The position numbers and the translations under genes are program-made. The notes below the pieces were generated by a model that had not been told where the DNA came from, did not search any database, and was given only the letters and a program-made list of their open reading frames with translations. Shown here piece by piece: positions 20,338 through 30,857 of a stretch of 64,000 nt of DNA. Numbering within the stretch: position 1 is the stretch's first letter; every line of letters starts with the position of its first letter. The stretch lies in contig CAWAOD010000003.1 of the NCBI GenBank assembly GCA_963783575.1, positions 256,001-320,000 on the forward strand. The letters are read 5' to 3'. The DNA is from an uncultured Spirochaetota bacterium. Its GTDB lineage: Bacteria > Spirochaetota > Brevinematia > Brevinematales > JAOACQ01.

Positions 20338-21174
20338 GTGGATTTTTCCTTTTTTTTAGTAATTATAACAATTTTATTTTACCTGGTATTTTTGTTCGGT
20401 GTTATAGTTGTCAGACAGATTATTAAAAAAAGGATTTTCCGGTACATTGTATTCCTGCTCCCGGCAGTTTTATTTTTTTGTAATAGGATAATAGCATTAT
20501 TTTTCTTAATATTGAGCCTGATACCGGTACTTTTTGCCGATTTTAACATTTTCAGAAAACATATTACTGCTTTTTTCAGGATTGTTTTTGCCGTTTTATT
20601 ATTGGTTTTCGGGTTCTTATTTCAGAAACCGGGAGTCATGGATTTATCGGGAATCGACAGATTGATTGAGAATTTACTGTCGCTTTCTGGGTTTTTTCAC
20701 AATGGCAGTTTTTTACAAATATATTATATAAGCTATTTATTCCGGCCGATTTATTTGTCGCTGATATTCATGCTTCTAACAGTAATATATAGCTTTGCCC
20801 TGACAGCATATAAAAGAAGTTACTGGTACCGATATATCAGGAAGTTTAATCACAGAGAAGTTCTTGCTGTAGTATTTTTCTGGCTTTGCTATTTCGTTTT
20901 AAACAATATTAAATTGAAATGGCTTAAATGGGAATATATAATTATAATTCTCAATCTCGCGATTTATTTTTCATTATATTATTTGATGTACGGATTTTTA
21001 ACTTTGATTTTCAGTCTGAAGAAACGGAGTATAGAATATTTCAGTGTTATAATTATAATATATTCACTGATAATATTTTCAGGGCAGTATTTCCTGATTC
21101 CATTGATATTGGTTATGGGAATCGGGATTTCGGATATATGGATGTATTATTTAAAAAAACGCCCATTTAGATGA
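20338..21174 (+). CDS. Polytopic membrane protein (positional equivalent of YybS/DUF2232)
   Basis: Multiple hydrophobic helices, C-terminal G.G.SDIW. Located between rpsR and rplI. Confidence 0.6.
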   Translation: MDFSFFLVIITILFYLVFLFGVIVVRQIIKKRIFRYIVFLLPAVLFFCNRIIALFFLILSLIPVLFADFNIFRKHITAFFRIVFAVLLLVFGFLFQKPGVMDLSGIDRLIENLLSLSGFFHNGSFLQIYYISYLFRPIYLSLIFMLLTVIYSFALTAYKRSYWYRYIRKFNHREVLAVVFFWLCYFVLNNIKLKWLKWEYIIIILNLAIYFSLYYLMYGFLTLIFSLKKRSIEYFSVIIIIYSLIIFSGQYFLIPLILVMGIGISDIWMYYLKKRPFR

Positions 21175-21307
21175 GCGTTTTTTTAAATAATTTGGAGTTT
21201 TGAATAGAAGAAAATCAAGCAAACAAAACTCCGCGCTTATTGATTTGAGAAAACGGGAAGCAAAGAATTTATTCAAAATAGAAAAATATTGACTATCGGA
21301 GGATTGT

Positions 21308-21748
21308 ATGAAGGTAATTTTACTCGATAATGTGATCGGGCTTGGGAAAGCAGGCGATATAAAAAACGTCAGGGACGGATATGCCAGGAATTTTCTGCTT
21401 CCCCAAAAAGTCGCGGAAGTTGCGACTAAAAGCAAAGAAAAACATCTTCAAAGAATAGCGTCTGCTCTTTCAGTTAAGGCAAAAAAGTTTTATGATGACG
21501 CAGTGGCGATCAAGGAAGCGGTAGAAAAGGAAGAAATCGAGATCAAGGCAAAGGCCGGGGAAGAAGGAAAACTTTTCGGGTCGATTACCTCTGCTGATAT
21601 TTCATTAATTTTAATAAATAAAGGTTTTGATATTGAAAAAAAGAAAATACTTCTTGAGCATATTAAAACCATAGGCGATCATACAGCAAGGATTCGTCTT
21701 GACGAGGGTGTAGTTGCCGCTATTAAAATAAAGGTTGTACAAGAATAA
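21308..21748 (+). CDS. rplI: 50S ribosomal protein L9
   Basis: MKVILL...LGKAGD...GYARNFLLP and GKLFGSIT. Confidence 0.96.
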   Translation: MKVILLDNVIGLGKAGDIKNVRDGYARNFLLPQKVAEVATKSKEKHLQRIASALSVKAKKFYDDAVAIKEAVEKEEIEIKAKAGEEGKLFGSITSADISLILINKGFDIEKKKILLEHIKTIGDHTARIRLDEGVVAAIKIKVVQE

Positions 21749-21750
21749 AT

Positions 21751-23148
21751 ATGGCTGCTGATGATCTGGTAAAAAGAGTTCCTCCCAGCAGTCCCGAGGC
21801 TGAACAATCCTGTATCGGCGCAATGCTGAACTCTTCAACGGCCATATCCACGATTCTTGAAATGCTCAATGATGATGATTTTTTCGACGCAAGAAATAAG
21901 ATTATATTTAAGATAATTGAAGAACTCAGCGAAAAAAATATTCCGGTCGATGTAGTTAGTGTTTCCGAAAGGCTTTCCTCAGGTAATATACTTCAGCAAG
22001 CTGGCGGAAGCGCTTATCTGTCAAAATTAATCGAGAATGTCCCTTCGCTTTCAAATACCCAGTACCATGCCAAAATCGTTCTGGAAAAAGCCATTCTCCG
22101 TGAATTGATAAATGCGGCAAGATCGATTATCGACAATGTTTACGAGAACCAGACGGATATTGAAAAGATTTCCGATGAATCTGAAAAGCTTATTTTTGAC
22201 GTAACCAATAGAAAACTCAGGTCCAATTATAAACTCCTCAAGGAAATCCTGAGCGACACATTAAAAGGTATCGAAAGAATAGCCCATTCAAAGCATGTCT
22301 ATACCGGCCAGCCTACCGGGTATAATGAATTCGACGATATGACCAGCGGATTGCAGCATGGCGATTTAATTGTCATCGCCGCAAGGCCTTCAATGGGTAA
22401 AACCGCTTTTGCTTTAAATATTGCTGCCAATGTGGCAAAAATGAACCTTGATAACGGCGTTATGTTTTTTTCACTGGAAATGTCTTTCCAGGAACTTGTA
22501 CTCAGAATGCTGTCTACAGAATCCAAAATCGACATGCAGAAGATCCGTAAAGGCCAATTAAGCACTCCCGATGATTGGAAAAGCCTTGTCGATTCAGCCG
22601 GCGTATTATCAAGGATGAAAGTGCTTGTAGATGACACCCCCGCTATCTCATTAAACGAAATCAGGGCAAAAGCGAGAAGGGTCAAATCAAAATACAATAT
22701 CAAGCTGATAATTATTGATCACCTTCAGCTAATCTCTACTTCCGAGTCCAACAAGATGATAATAAACAGAAATAATGAAATCAGTTACATTTCAAGAAGC
22801 TTAAAAGCTTTAGCTAAGGAATTGGATATTCCGATAATAGTATTGTCGCAACTTTCAAGAAAAGTGGATGACAGGGGCGGAGATCACAAGCCTATATTAT
22901 CGGACTTGCGGGAATCCGGGGCAATAGAGCAGGATGCCGATCTTGTAGCTTTTTTGTATAGAGAAGAATATTATAAAAAGGATAGTGAAAAAAAGAATAT
23001 TGCGGAACTTCTTTTGCAGAAGCAAAGAAACGGCCCTACCGGGGATATTCAACTTGTATTTTTAAAGGAAACTGTCCGCTTTGAAAATTATTTCAAGCAT
23101 TCTTCTTATCTTGACAGCGACTACAAGGATTCAGGCGAAGATTTTTAG
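21751..23148 (+). CDS. dnaB: Replicative DNA helicase
   Basis: PPSSPEAEQS, AARPSMGKTAF, FSLEM, SQLSR, SDLRESGAIEQDAD and KQRNGPTG. Confidence 0.97.
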   Translation: MAADDLVKRVPPSSPEAEQSCIGAMLNSSTAISTILEMLNDDDFFDARNKIIFKIIEELSEKNIPVDVVSVSERLSSGNILQQAGGSAYLSKLIENVPSLSNTQYHAKIVLEKAILRELINAARSIIDNVYENQTDIEKISDESEKLIFDVTNRKLRSNYKLLKEILSDTLKGIERIAHSKHVYTGQPTGYNEFDDMTSGLQHGDLIVIAARPSMGKTAFALNIAANVAKMNLDNGVMFFSLEMSFQELVLRMLSTESKIDMQKIRKGQLSTPDDWKSLVDSAGVLSRMKVLVDDTPAISLNEIRAKARRVKSKYNIKLIIIDHLQLISTSESNKMIINRNNEISYISRSLKALAKELDIPIIVLSQLSRKVDDRGGDHKPILSDLRESGAIEQDADLVAFLYREEYYKKDSEKKNIAELLLQKQRNGPTGDIQLVFLKETVRFENYFKHSSYLDSDYKDSGEDF

Positions 23149-23157
23149 AGGAATAAA

Positions 23158-23931
23158 ATGGGAAGAATCCGAAAATTTTTTACAGAACTGGGGCAATTCA
23201 CCATCTTTTTTGCTGAAGCTTTCAGGAATGTTCCCAGAAATATCAGGAGCCCATACCAGTTATTACTCAATATCTATAATATTGGAGTTTTATCAGTACC
23301 GGTTGTGGCTTTAACGGGGTTTTTTATGGGAATGATCCTGGGCCTTCAGCTTGGGAACGCAATGGAATCTACCATAGCCGGAACAGCCCAATACATAAGC
23401 GGCGCGCTTTCAGTAAGCCTGGTTAAAGAAATCGGACCGGTTTTTTCTTCCCTTATTGTGGTAAGCAGGGTATGTTCATCGGTTACCGCCAATATCGGAA
23501 CAATGAAAGTTACGGAACAGATCGACGCCCTTAAAACCTTCGCTGTAAATCCAATAAGTTATCTTGTAACACCGAGGGTATTGGCTGGAATTATATCACT
23601 GCCGATCCTGGGCTTCATATCGATTATTGCTTCTATGATCGGTTCCTGGCTTATGATCACAACTTTAAACGATATTCCGACATCTGTTTTTCTGGAAGTG
23701 GCACAAATGCCTTTGAAAATTAAATACATTTTCGAATCAATAACCAAGATGATGGTTATCGGCGCATTTTTATTGATGGTAAGCACATACTGCGGTTTTC
23801 AGGCAAAAGAAGGCGCGGCAGGAGTCGGAGAAGCTACAATAAAATCAGTCGTGGTATCAAGTATTTTGGTAATACTTCTGGATTATATATTGGGCACAAT
23901 ATTTATCATTTTTACCGGCGGGGCGATTTAA
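23158..23931 (+). CDS. mlaE: MlaE-family ABC transporter permease
   Basis: KEIGPV, IGTMKVTEQIDAL and GAAGVGEAT..SVV. Confidence 0.88.
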   Translation: MGRIRKFFTELGQFTIFFAEAFRNVPRNIRSPYQLLLNIYNIGVLSVPVVALTGFFMGMILGLQLGNAMESTIAGTAQYISGALSVSLVKEIGPVFSSLIVVSRVCSSVTANIGTMKVTEQIDALKTFAVNPISYLVTPRVLAGIISLPILGFISIIASMIGSWLMITTLNDIPTSVFLEVAQMPLKIKYIFESITKMMVIGAFLLMVSTYCGFQAKEGAAGVGEATIKSVVVSSILVILLDYILGTIFIIFTGGAI

Positions 23932-24740
23932 TGTCAAATAAAATTGAAATAATCGGCCTGAAAAAAAAACTTGGGGATAAAATAGTTCTGGATGGGGTTG
24001 ATCTTAGTATTAAAGACGGAGAAACTTTTGCCATTATCGGGCAAAGCGGAGTTGGAAAAAGCGTTCTTATCAAGCATATCATAGGATTGATCCATCCGGA
24101 CGGTGGCGATATTTATATCGACGGCGAAAGGATAGATTTTGACGATGAAGATCAATGGGATAATATCAGGAAAAAGTTCGGGATGCTTTTTCAGGGCGGT
24201 GCGCTCTTTGATTCCCTGACTGTCGGGGAGAATATTTTTTTCGCTTTGAACCACCTGCGCCAGGACCTTACCGAAGAGCAAAAGAATGACAGAATGTACC
24301 AGGCTCTTGAACTTGTTGAGCTAAACAACACAGAAGATTTAATGATAGCATCTTTGTCCGGCGGAATGATGAAACGGGTAGCTCTTGCAAGGGCCATAGT
24401 TGCGGAGCCATCCATAATACTTTTTGATGAACCAACCACCGGCCTTGATCCGATTACAACCGCCACAATCAACGAATTGATTCTGTCGCTTAAGAAAAAA
24501 CTTAAATCAACTTTTATCATTGTCACTCATGATATCCGGGGAGCTAAATATGTAGCGGACAGGATCGGGATGCTCTATATGGGTAAATTGATTTTTACAG
24601 GTACTCCGAAGGAACTTGAAAATACCGATAATCCTTATGTGCTTCAATTTATTCAGGGCAAATTCGAGGGGCCGATTACAGATGAATACAACGCTCAGGT
24701 GGCCGTTCTTTTGCAAAATACCGGTATGGTAAAGAGGTAA
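23931..24740 (+). CDS. mlaF: MlaF-family ABC transporter ATP-binding protein
   Basis: GQSGVGKS, FQGGALFDSLTV, LSGGMMKRVALARA and DEPTTGLDP. Confidence 0.88.
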   Translation: MSNKIEIIGLKKKLGDKIVLDGVDLSIKDGETFAIIGQSGVGKSVLIKHIIGLIHPDGGDIYIDGERIDFDDEDQWDNIRKKFGMLFQGGALFDSLTVGENIFFALNHLRQDLTEEQKNDRMYQALELVELNNTEDLMIASLSGGMMKRVALARAIVAEPSIILFDEPTTGLDPITTATINELILSLKKKLKSTFIIVTHDIRGAKYVADRIGMLYMGKLIFTGTPKELENTDNPYVLQFIQGKFEGPITDEYNAQVAVLLQNTGMVKR

Positions 24741-24746
24741 TTTTCT

Positions 24747-25706
24747 ATGCAGAAAAAGAAAAGATTAAATAATGTTGCAATCGGGGCTTTTATTTTTACT
24801 GGCTTGTTCTTATTTTTCTTGTTTATATATTTTGCCGGTAAATTCAGCTTTTTACTTGGCGGCGGTTATAAATTATACATCGAATACGATTTCCTTGATA
24901 ATCTAACGGCCGGAGCTAAGGTAAGGGTTTCGGGAGGACCATCCATCGGCTATATTGATAACATAAATTTTGAAACGGGAAAGATCGTAATAGAAGCTAT
25001 GATTGACGGTAAATACAAGATCAACCGGGGAGCAAACTTTAATATTTACTCTACCAGCCTTGTCGGACAGAAATACATTAATATATCGGATTATAATCCG
25101 AAAACCAATGAATTCTATACTAACAATGAGTATATTATCGGCGTTACACCTATAGGTTTCGCGAGGACCATTGAATTAGCCGGAGCCGGAATCAAATCCA
25201 TTATCGCACAGGGAAATACGGACCTTGTCCTTAAATTCAAGGACGTTTTCCAGAACACGGTTGAATTGGTTAGAGGTTTAAACCATATAGTTAATGATAA
25301 CTCAAAGGACATTCGGGAGAGTATACAGAATTTGAACCAGGCTTTGAAAAATACCGGCGATTTGATGGCCAGGATTAACAACACAATATCGAATATTGAA
25401 TCAGGCTCGAAGAGGCTAAACACTACTTTAAACAGCATCGATAACGATCAGATTAAGTCAATTGTAAGCAATGTCGATTTGGCAGTCATTACATTAAGAG
25501 ATGTATCGGCCGATCTTAAAACCTTCTCGTCGGAATTGAACAGATTAACCTATGATAAATCAAGCGCTCTTAATTTGATAAGGGATAAAGACTTCAAAAT
25601 GCGGCTGGATGATACCATCAAAAATATTGAGGAAACCACCAAAAACAGTGTAGAATTCAGCAAAAAAATAAAAGAAAATCCGTCTTCACTGTTTTTCAGT
25701 AAATAA
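24747..25706 (+). CDS. mlaD: MlaD/MCE-domain protein with long coiled-coil
   Basis: N-terminal TM, L..GAKVRVSG, SLVGQKYINI and a helical C-terminal region. Confidence 0.8.
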   Translation: MQKKKRLNNVAIGAFIFTGLFLFFLFIYFAGKFSFLLGGGYKLYIEYDFLDNLTAGAKVRVSGGPSIGYIDNINFETGKIVIEAMIDGKYKINRGANFNIYSTSLVGQKYINISDYNPKTNEFYTNNEYIIGVTPIGFARTIELAGAGIKSIIAQGNTDLVLKFKDVFQNTVELVRGLNHIVNDNSKDIRESIQNLNQALKNTGDLMARINNTISNIESGSKRLNTTLNSIDNDQIKSIVSNVDLAVITLRDVSADLKTFSSELNRLTYDKSSALNLIRDKDFKMRLDDTIKNIEETTKNSVEFSKKIKENPSSLFFSK

Positions 25707-25723
25707 TTATTGACGCACTAAAA

Positions 25724-26758
25724 TCAATAGCTTTGCATATTATCCAATTCTTCACCGGAAATATCTTCTTTGTATTTATAACTCCAGACTGCTTTACCTT
25801 CTTTAGTTATATAGGAAAGGAACTCCCCCGAATCAACAAGCGCCAGTCCATTAAAAAAAGGACTCGCTTCAATAAATTCCGGTTCAATCATTAATTTCCC
25901 ATCAAGGTTAATATAGCCGAATTTGTCTCCAATCATTACCATAGCAAGGCCTTCGGAGAAATTATCAGATGTATCGTATACCGGATCTATTGCTAATCTT
26001 CTGTTTGTACCGATATATCCATATTTTTCGTTAGTCATTACGTAAGCAAGACCTTCGGAAAAATCCCCCGCATCATCAAAACATGGGTTTATTGTATATT
26101 TGCCGTTTCTATCAATAAATCCATATTTTCCATCTGTCTTGACGACTGCCATATTTTCACAGAACCCGTAAGCTTCATCATATATGGAATCGATGACTAT
26201 TTTACCGTCAGTATTAATATAACCGTATTTATCGCTTACCCTGACAACTGCAAAACCCTCGGAAAATGAAAAAGCTTCCTCAAAACTGGGCTTGATAACC
26301 ACCGATCCATTTGTGTCAATATATCCATAAAAATTGCCTTCTTTTACAAGAGCCAAAGATTTACTTTCGTAAGGTTTGCAAAAATCAAACGCCTCCGAAT
26401 ATTTCGGTTCAACAATATATTTCCCATTTCCATCAATATATCCGTAATACTGATCTAACTTTACAACTGCCCTGCTTTCAAAAAAATTAAACGCTTCGTC
26501 AAATTGAGGCTCAATAATAATTTTTCCTTCTTTATCAATGTAACCGTATTTATCATTGGTAATATACGCAGCCAATTCGGAAGAAAATTGCCCGGCCCAG
26601 TCAAAACGAGGTTCTATTACCCTTTTCCCGGTAATATCGATATAACCCCATTTGCCCTTTTCGATAATAGGAAAAAGACGATCCGTAGACTCCGCATAAA
26701 TTGTCATAACAATTGTTATGACAAATAAAACCATGATTATGAACTTAATATTGTTCAT
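25724..26758 (-). CDS. Secreted WG-repeat (KWG) protein
   Basis: Signal peptide and about 8 repeats of 'F.EGLA.V...KYGYID..G...I.P'. Confidence 0.88.
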   Translation of the reverse strand: MNNIKFIIMVLFVITIVMTIYAESTDRLFPIIEKGKWGYIDITGKRVIEPRFDWAGQFSSELAAYITNDKYGYIDKEGKIIIEPQFDEAFNFFESRAVVKLDQYYGYIDGNGKYIVEPKYSEAFDFCKPYESKSLALVKEGNFYGYIDTNGSVVIKPSFEEAFSFSEGFAVVRVSDKYGYINTDGKIVIDSIYDEAYGFCENMAVVKTDGKYGFIDRNGKYTINPCFDDAGDFSEGLAYVMTNEKYGYIGTNRRLAIDPVYDTSDNFSEGLAMVMIGDKFGYINLDGKLMIEPEFIEASPFFNGLALVDSGEFLSYITKEGKAVWSYKYKEDISGEELDNMQSY

Positions 26759-26820
26759 AGATCCTCCCTGCTCAATAAATTTTTTTAATCATACTTTTGA
26801 CTTCTCTTTAACAGGACTTT

Positions 26821-26849
26821 ATTGTAATTAAATCCAACCGATTAGTCAA
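26821..26849 (-). promoter_or_regulatory. Sigma70-type promoter of the WG-repeat gene
   Basis: Minus strand TTGACT-17 bp-TACAAT. Confidence 0.55.
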
Positions 26850-26900
26850 CAGCAGAAACAACTTACACAAATTATTTGTTATTATCTATATAATATCGTG

Positions 26901-27056
26901 TTATTTGGCGATCTTGTGTTCGCCACTGGCTCATATATAAAAGAGTAGATATCATGGCACATCCTTGGGTTCACTGAAAATCAGCATAAATCTTAAAATG
27001 TTTAATAAACAGTATTTTCACCCAAGTTACCGAGAGTCAGCTTTGAAGTGAAACAA
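26901..27056 (+). ncRNA. Candidate structured non-coding RNA of uncertain class (6S-like rod or fluoride-riboswitch-like)
   Basis: Intergenic with no ORF. TATAAT at 26889-26894. Nested stems 26914-26923/27048-27056, 26926-26932/27034-27040, 26964-26969/27021-27026 and 26975-26981/27014-27020. Confidence 0.45.
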
Positions 27057-27067
27057 TTATATATTTA

Positions 27068-27096
27068 TTGAAAATAAACTCATCTTTATCTATAAT
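27068..27096 (+). promoter_or_regulatory. Sigma70-type promoter of hisG
   Basis: TTGAAA-17 bp-TATAAT, 29 bp before the hisG ATG. Confidence 0.6.
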
Positions 27097-27125
27097 TATG
27101 GATTGCATTTTTAATTGGGGAAATT

Positions 27126-27746
27126 ATGCCGTTTACAATAGCTCTTCCGAAAGGCAGGCTTGGAGAATTTACCGAAGAATTAATGATTAAGAGCAATATC
27201 CTCTCAGAGGCAATACCGAAAGATTCACGAAAACTTGTTTTTAAACTTGGAAACGGTTTGAATGCCGTCATTGTTAGAGCCTGGGATGTTCCTGCTTATA
27301 TTGAGGCAGGAACTGCCGACATAGGAATCTGTGGAAAAGATGACCTGATAGAGCATGAAGCCGATGTCTTTGAGCTTATGGATCTTGGTTTCGGCTATTG
27401 TAGAATGGTAGTCGCAGCAAAGAGCAATAAGCCTAAAGAAGAAATTTATTCCCGGTCATACATCAAAGCGGCGACAAAATACCCGAATATTGCAAGAAAA
27501 TACTTTACAAATATATCGATCCAGGCTGAAATAATAAAACTTTACGGTTCCGTCGAGCTTGCTGCTGTTACCGGAATGAGCGATTGCATTGTTGATATTG
27601 TATCAACTGGCACTACATTAAAGGAAAACGGGCTTTGCATTCTGGAAGAATTATTTGAATCGACAGCCAGGCTTGTTGTTAACAGGGCAAGTTACTATAA
27701 AAATCTGGATTATTTTAATAATTTTACTAAAGCTTTGAAAGGATAA
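27126..27746 (+). CDS. hisG: ATP phosphoribosyltransferase (short form, HisZ-dependent type)
   Basis: IALPKGRL, ATKYP, GSVELA and DIVSTGTTLKENGL. At 206 aa it lacks the C-terminal regulatory domain. Confidence 0.94.
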   Translation: MPFTIALPKGRLGEFTEELMIKSNILSEAIPKDSRKLVFKLGNGLNAVIVRAWDVPAYIEAGTADIGICGKDDLIEHEADVFELMDLGFGYCRMVVAAKSNKPKEEIYSRSYIKAATKYPNIARKYFTNISIQAEIIKLYGSVELAAVTGMSDCIVDIVSTGTTLKENGLCILEELFESTARLVVNRASYYKNLDYFNNFTKALKG

Positions 27747-27748
27747 AT

Positions 27749-28384
27749 ATGAAATTATCGAAAAAGTTTTCAAAACCTTATTTATTGTTATTTCTAATAT
27801 TAATATTTTTACTTCCTGCAGCAGTCAAATTCTATCCGGCCGAAACAAACTACAACAGATTCAATGATTTTTCATTAGGGGTTAAAGGAACGGCAAATTT
27901 CAGCAAACTGCCTTACGATCTTATGATGGGTCTTTCGGTAAATACCCCGTATTTTTTTTGGAATTGGGTTTCGCTCAGGGGTGAAGCCGATATAGCTTAT
28001 CTGCGTGGAATAACAAACGCCGTAATCAGCAATGAAATTGCCATCTATTCAAGCTCTTATAAATTAGGGATTGCGGTAAAAGCCAACCAGAAGACTCAAA
28101 CAGTCCGCCCTTATGGTGAATTCGGCTGGATCGGATTTATTCCCAATAAAATAGAGACTGCTGACAATTATGCTTGGGGAATCTACGGTTTATTCGGATT
28201 CGATATTTTATTCGATCCGGCGAGTATTTTCGGATTTTTCTTTGAATTGGGGGCAACAGGCCTTTTATACGGCGGAAGCGCCGAAAAACTAGTACCCGAT
28301 TCTGATCCTAATGACGGTCACCTGATTCCGAAAAAATACGGAAGCGGAATAATATTCTCCGGAGGATTTAAGGTCTATTTCTAG
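27749..28384 (+). CDS. Putative outer-membrane beta-barrel protein
   Basis: Signal peptide, alternating amphipathic strands and C-terminal GFKVYF signature. Confidence 0.6.
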   Translation: MKLSKKFSKPYLLLFLILIFLLPAAVKFYPAETNYNRFNDFSLGVKGTANFSKLPYDLMMGLSVNTPYFFWNWVSLRGEADIAYLRGITNAVISNEIAIYSSSYKLGIAVKANQKTQTVRPYGEFGWIGFIPNKIETADNYAWGIYGLFGFDILFDPASIFGFFFELGATGLLYGGSAEKLVPDSDPNDGHLIPKKYGSGIIFSGGFKVYF

Positions 28385-28401
28385 CAAGAACTTGCTTGCT
28401 A
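28382..28401. terminator. Short hairpin between convergent genes
   Basis: TAGCAAG-6 nt-CTTGCTA, overlapping both stop codons. Confidence 0.35.
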
Positions 28402-29521
28402 AACAATCTCTATTATTTTAAGAATCAAACGGACGGTATTTTCAAGATCATCGATTTCAATATACTCATCGGTTGAATGGACATTTGCCATACCAACGGC
28501 AAGCGTCACGGATTTAATGTTTTTTTCATTGTATATATTCGAATTACTCCCGCCGCCGGTTCTTTCAAAACGCGGTTTAAGACCCAACTCTTTAACGGCT
28601 TTGTTTACAAGCCTTATTATTGCGTCATCTTTCTTAAAACTGAATCCCCGGTACAATTCATTTATTGTTAATGTAATGTCCAGGGCTCTTTTTTTTATTA
28701 TTATTTATTATATCGGTTATTTTATTTTTCAATAAATCAATATCCTCAAAATCGTGAGACCTGAATTCCCCTCTTATTAAACACTCATCTGGAATTATAT
28801 TCGTCGCTTTTCCGCCTTCAATAAGTCCGACATTCGCAACCGTGTTTTTATTTATCTTTCCCTGGGGCAGTGACAACACTATTCTTGATGCAATCTTGAT
28901 GGCATTTATACCCATTTCAGGGGCTATACCCGCATGACTTGCCTTTCCCTTCACAAGAATCTCATAATTATAATGCTGGGGAGCAGCAACAACAACTCCG
29001 CCAACCTTTCCATGGGAATCAAGGATAAAACCGAAATCGGCTTTAATTCCGGAAAAATCAAGGTTACGTACACCGGTCAGGCCGATTTCCTCCGCAGATG
29101 TAAAGATAAAATATATATCGCCATGAGCGGTATTGGTATTTATAATTTCTTCAATGGCAATAATCATAGCGGATGCGCCCGCTTTATCATCGGCGCCGAG
29201 AACTGTATTTCCGCTGCTTTTAATAATATTGTTTTTCCGGTCTATACCCGGCTTAATTCCAATGCCCGGTTCGACAGTATCAAGATGGGAATCAAAAAAT
29301 ACGGATTTCCTGTTTTTAATATTTGCCGGTAATTTTACAATCAGGTTACCTGATTCAGCTCCCAATTCCTTTATTGTGTATTCCTGGAATTGCATTTCAA
29401 CTGGCAGATTTTGCAAGCGATTTTTTACATAGTCAAATACTTTTTTTTCATTCAATGATAAACTGTCAATTTGTACCAGATTGATAAACTCATTTACTAC
29501 TCTTTCAGAGATGTTCTTCAT
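28399..29521 (-). CDS. M20 family (peptidase T-like) metallopeptidase, frameshifted at the A8 run (28689-28696)
   Basis: SHLDTV, LGADDKAG, AEEIG and HAG motifs. The second fragment has GGGSNSN and HSTDE. Removing one A joins the fragments. Confidence 0.85.
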
Positions 29522-29529
29522 AAATTTTC

Positions 29530-30132
29530 CTATTCATTCGTTACTCTTTTCCATTCCTCGCCTGTTACCAGCGGTTCGATCTTCTTTACAATACCCTCTG
29601 AATGAATAACCTGCCAGGCGTAGGATGTTCCCTTAAGAGTATCTTCATCGACAATCCTGAGTATCGAGTATGTTTTCTGAAGGAATCCGTTGAGATAGAT
29701 TTGTTGCGCTATCGACTCAGGCAGCCAGTTGCTTAGATATTTCGGATTATATTCATATTCCAATATTTTAACAGTATTTTCCGTAATATATTTAACTATT
29801 ATAGGAATTTCTCCGCCGTTCTTTCCAATAATTTTTCCCGTTTTGCCTGAAATGATGATGATGGCTTTAGAACCGGTGCTATGTTTTCTCCATTTACCGT
29901 CAAAATTAATTTTTAATATTATATTCTTCTCTTCTTCCGGCGTGGGTTCTTTTATGCTTTCAGGTTTAAAAGAGTAATTTGTATTTGTTTCAGCCGAAGG
30001 AATTCTTTCGGCAGTATTCGCCGGTATTGGCTTAACCTGTTTTGTACACATTGTAAATAATAGAATAATAACCCATATAAAAATAAATAAAAATACGAAG
30101 TAATGATTTCCTGCACTGCTTTTCCATTTCAT
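29530..30132 (-). CDS. Hypothetical lipoprotein/membrane-anchored protein
   Basis: ATG at 30132 with AGGAGG RBS. Hydrophobic N-terminal stretch ending in Cys. Confidence 0.6.
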   Translation of the reverse strand: MKWKSSAGNHYFVFLFIFIWVIILLFTMCTKQVKPIPANTAERIPSAETNTNYSFKPESIKEPTPEEEKNIILKINFDGKWRKHSTGSKAIIIISGKTGKIIGKNGGEIPIIVKYITENTVKILEYEYNPKYLSNWLPESIAQQIYLNGFLQKTYSILRIVDEDTLKGTSYAWQVIHSEGIVKKIEPLVTGEEWKRVTNE

Positions 30133-30168
30133 GAATACCCTCCTAAAATGATTCAATTATTGATTATA

Positions 30169-30840
30169 TCAAGTCCGGGAAAGTATTTCTAATGCAATTA
30201 ACCTGTCAAGAGGCGTGGTAATCTTTATATTGGTCTCTTCGCCATTCACAATATCGACATTCTTATTAATAATCTCAAATAAGCCTGAATCATCAGGAAA
30301 ATTCCAATCTCCTTTTTTATAAGCTACTGAATGGGCTTTCCATATCAAATCAAACTGAAAAACCTGGGGAGTTTGAATCTGCAAGATCTTTAACCGGTCC
30401 ACATAATATGAAATATGTTGATTTTCAACATAAGCAAGGGTGTCGGTTGTTTGTATGGCCGGTACTCCGGATCCATTAATTTCTGCAGATTTAATGCATC
30501 TTTTTAATAAATCTACGCTGAACAGAGGTCTAACACTGTCATGGATGGCAACAATTGAAATGTTTTTTTCATGTAAAGCCGAGAGTCCGTTATAAACCGA
30601 TAACTGCCTTGTCTGGCCGCCTTCGGCCAGGATAATATTCCTTTTTTTAGTTATCAATTCTTGAGCCTTAAGCAGCCATTCTTTATGGCAGACTACAACT
30701 AATTCGTCGCATACCCGGGAAAACTTTTCAATACTATATTCAAGAATTGATTTATCTCCAAGAGCTAAAAATTGTTTGGGTATATCACCACCGTATCTTT
30801 TACCTGTACCACCGGCGACAATAACTCCTCCGATTTTCAT
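30169..30840 (-). CDS. ispD: 2-C-methyl-D-erythritol 4-phosphate cytidylyltransferase
   Basis: AGGTGKR..GDIPKQF, GGQTRQLSV, IHDSVRP, QTPQVF and NIKITTP. Start at MKIGG (30840). Confidence 0.93.
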   Translation of the reverse strand: MKIGGVIVAGGTGKRYGGDIPKQFLALGDKSILEYSIEKFSRVCDELVVVCHKEWLLKAQELITKKRNIILAEGGQTRQLSVYNGLSALHEKNISIVAIHDSVRPLFSVDLLKRCIKSAEINGSGVPAIQTTDTLAYVENQHISYYVDRLKILQIQTPQVFQFDLIWKAHSVAYKKGDWNFPDDSGLFEIINKNVDIVNGEETNIKITTPLDRLIALEILSRT

Positions 30841-30857
30841 TTGTGAATTCAAATCAA

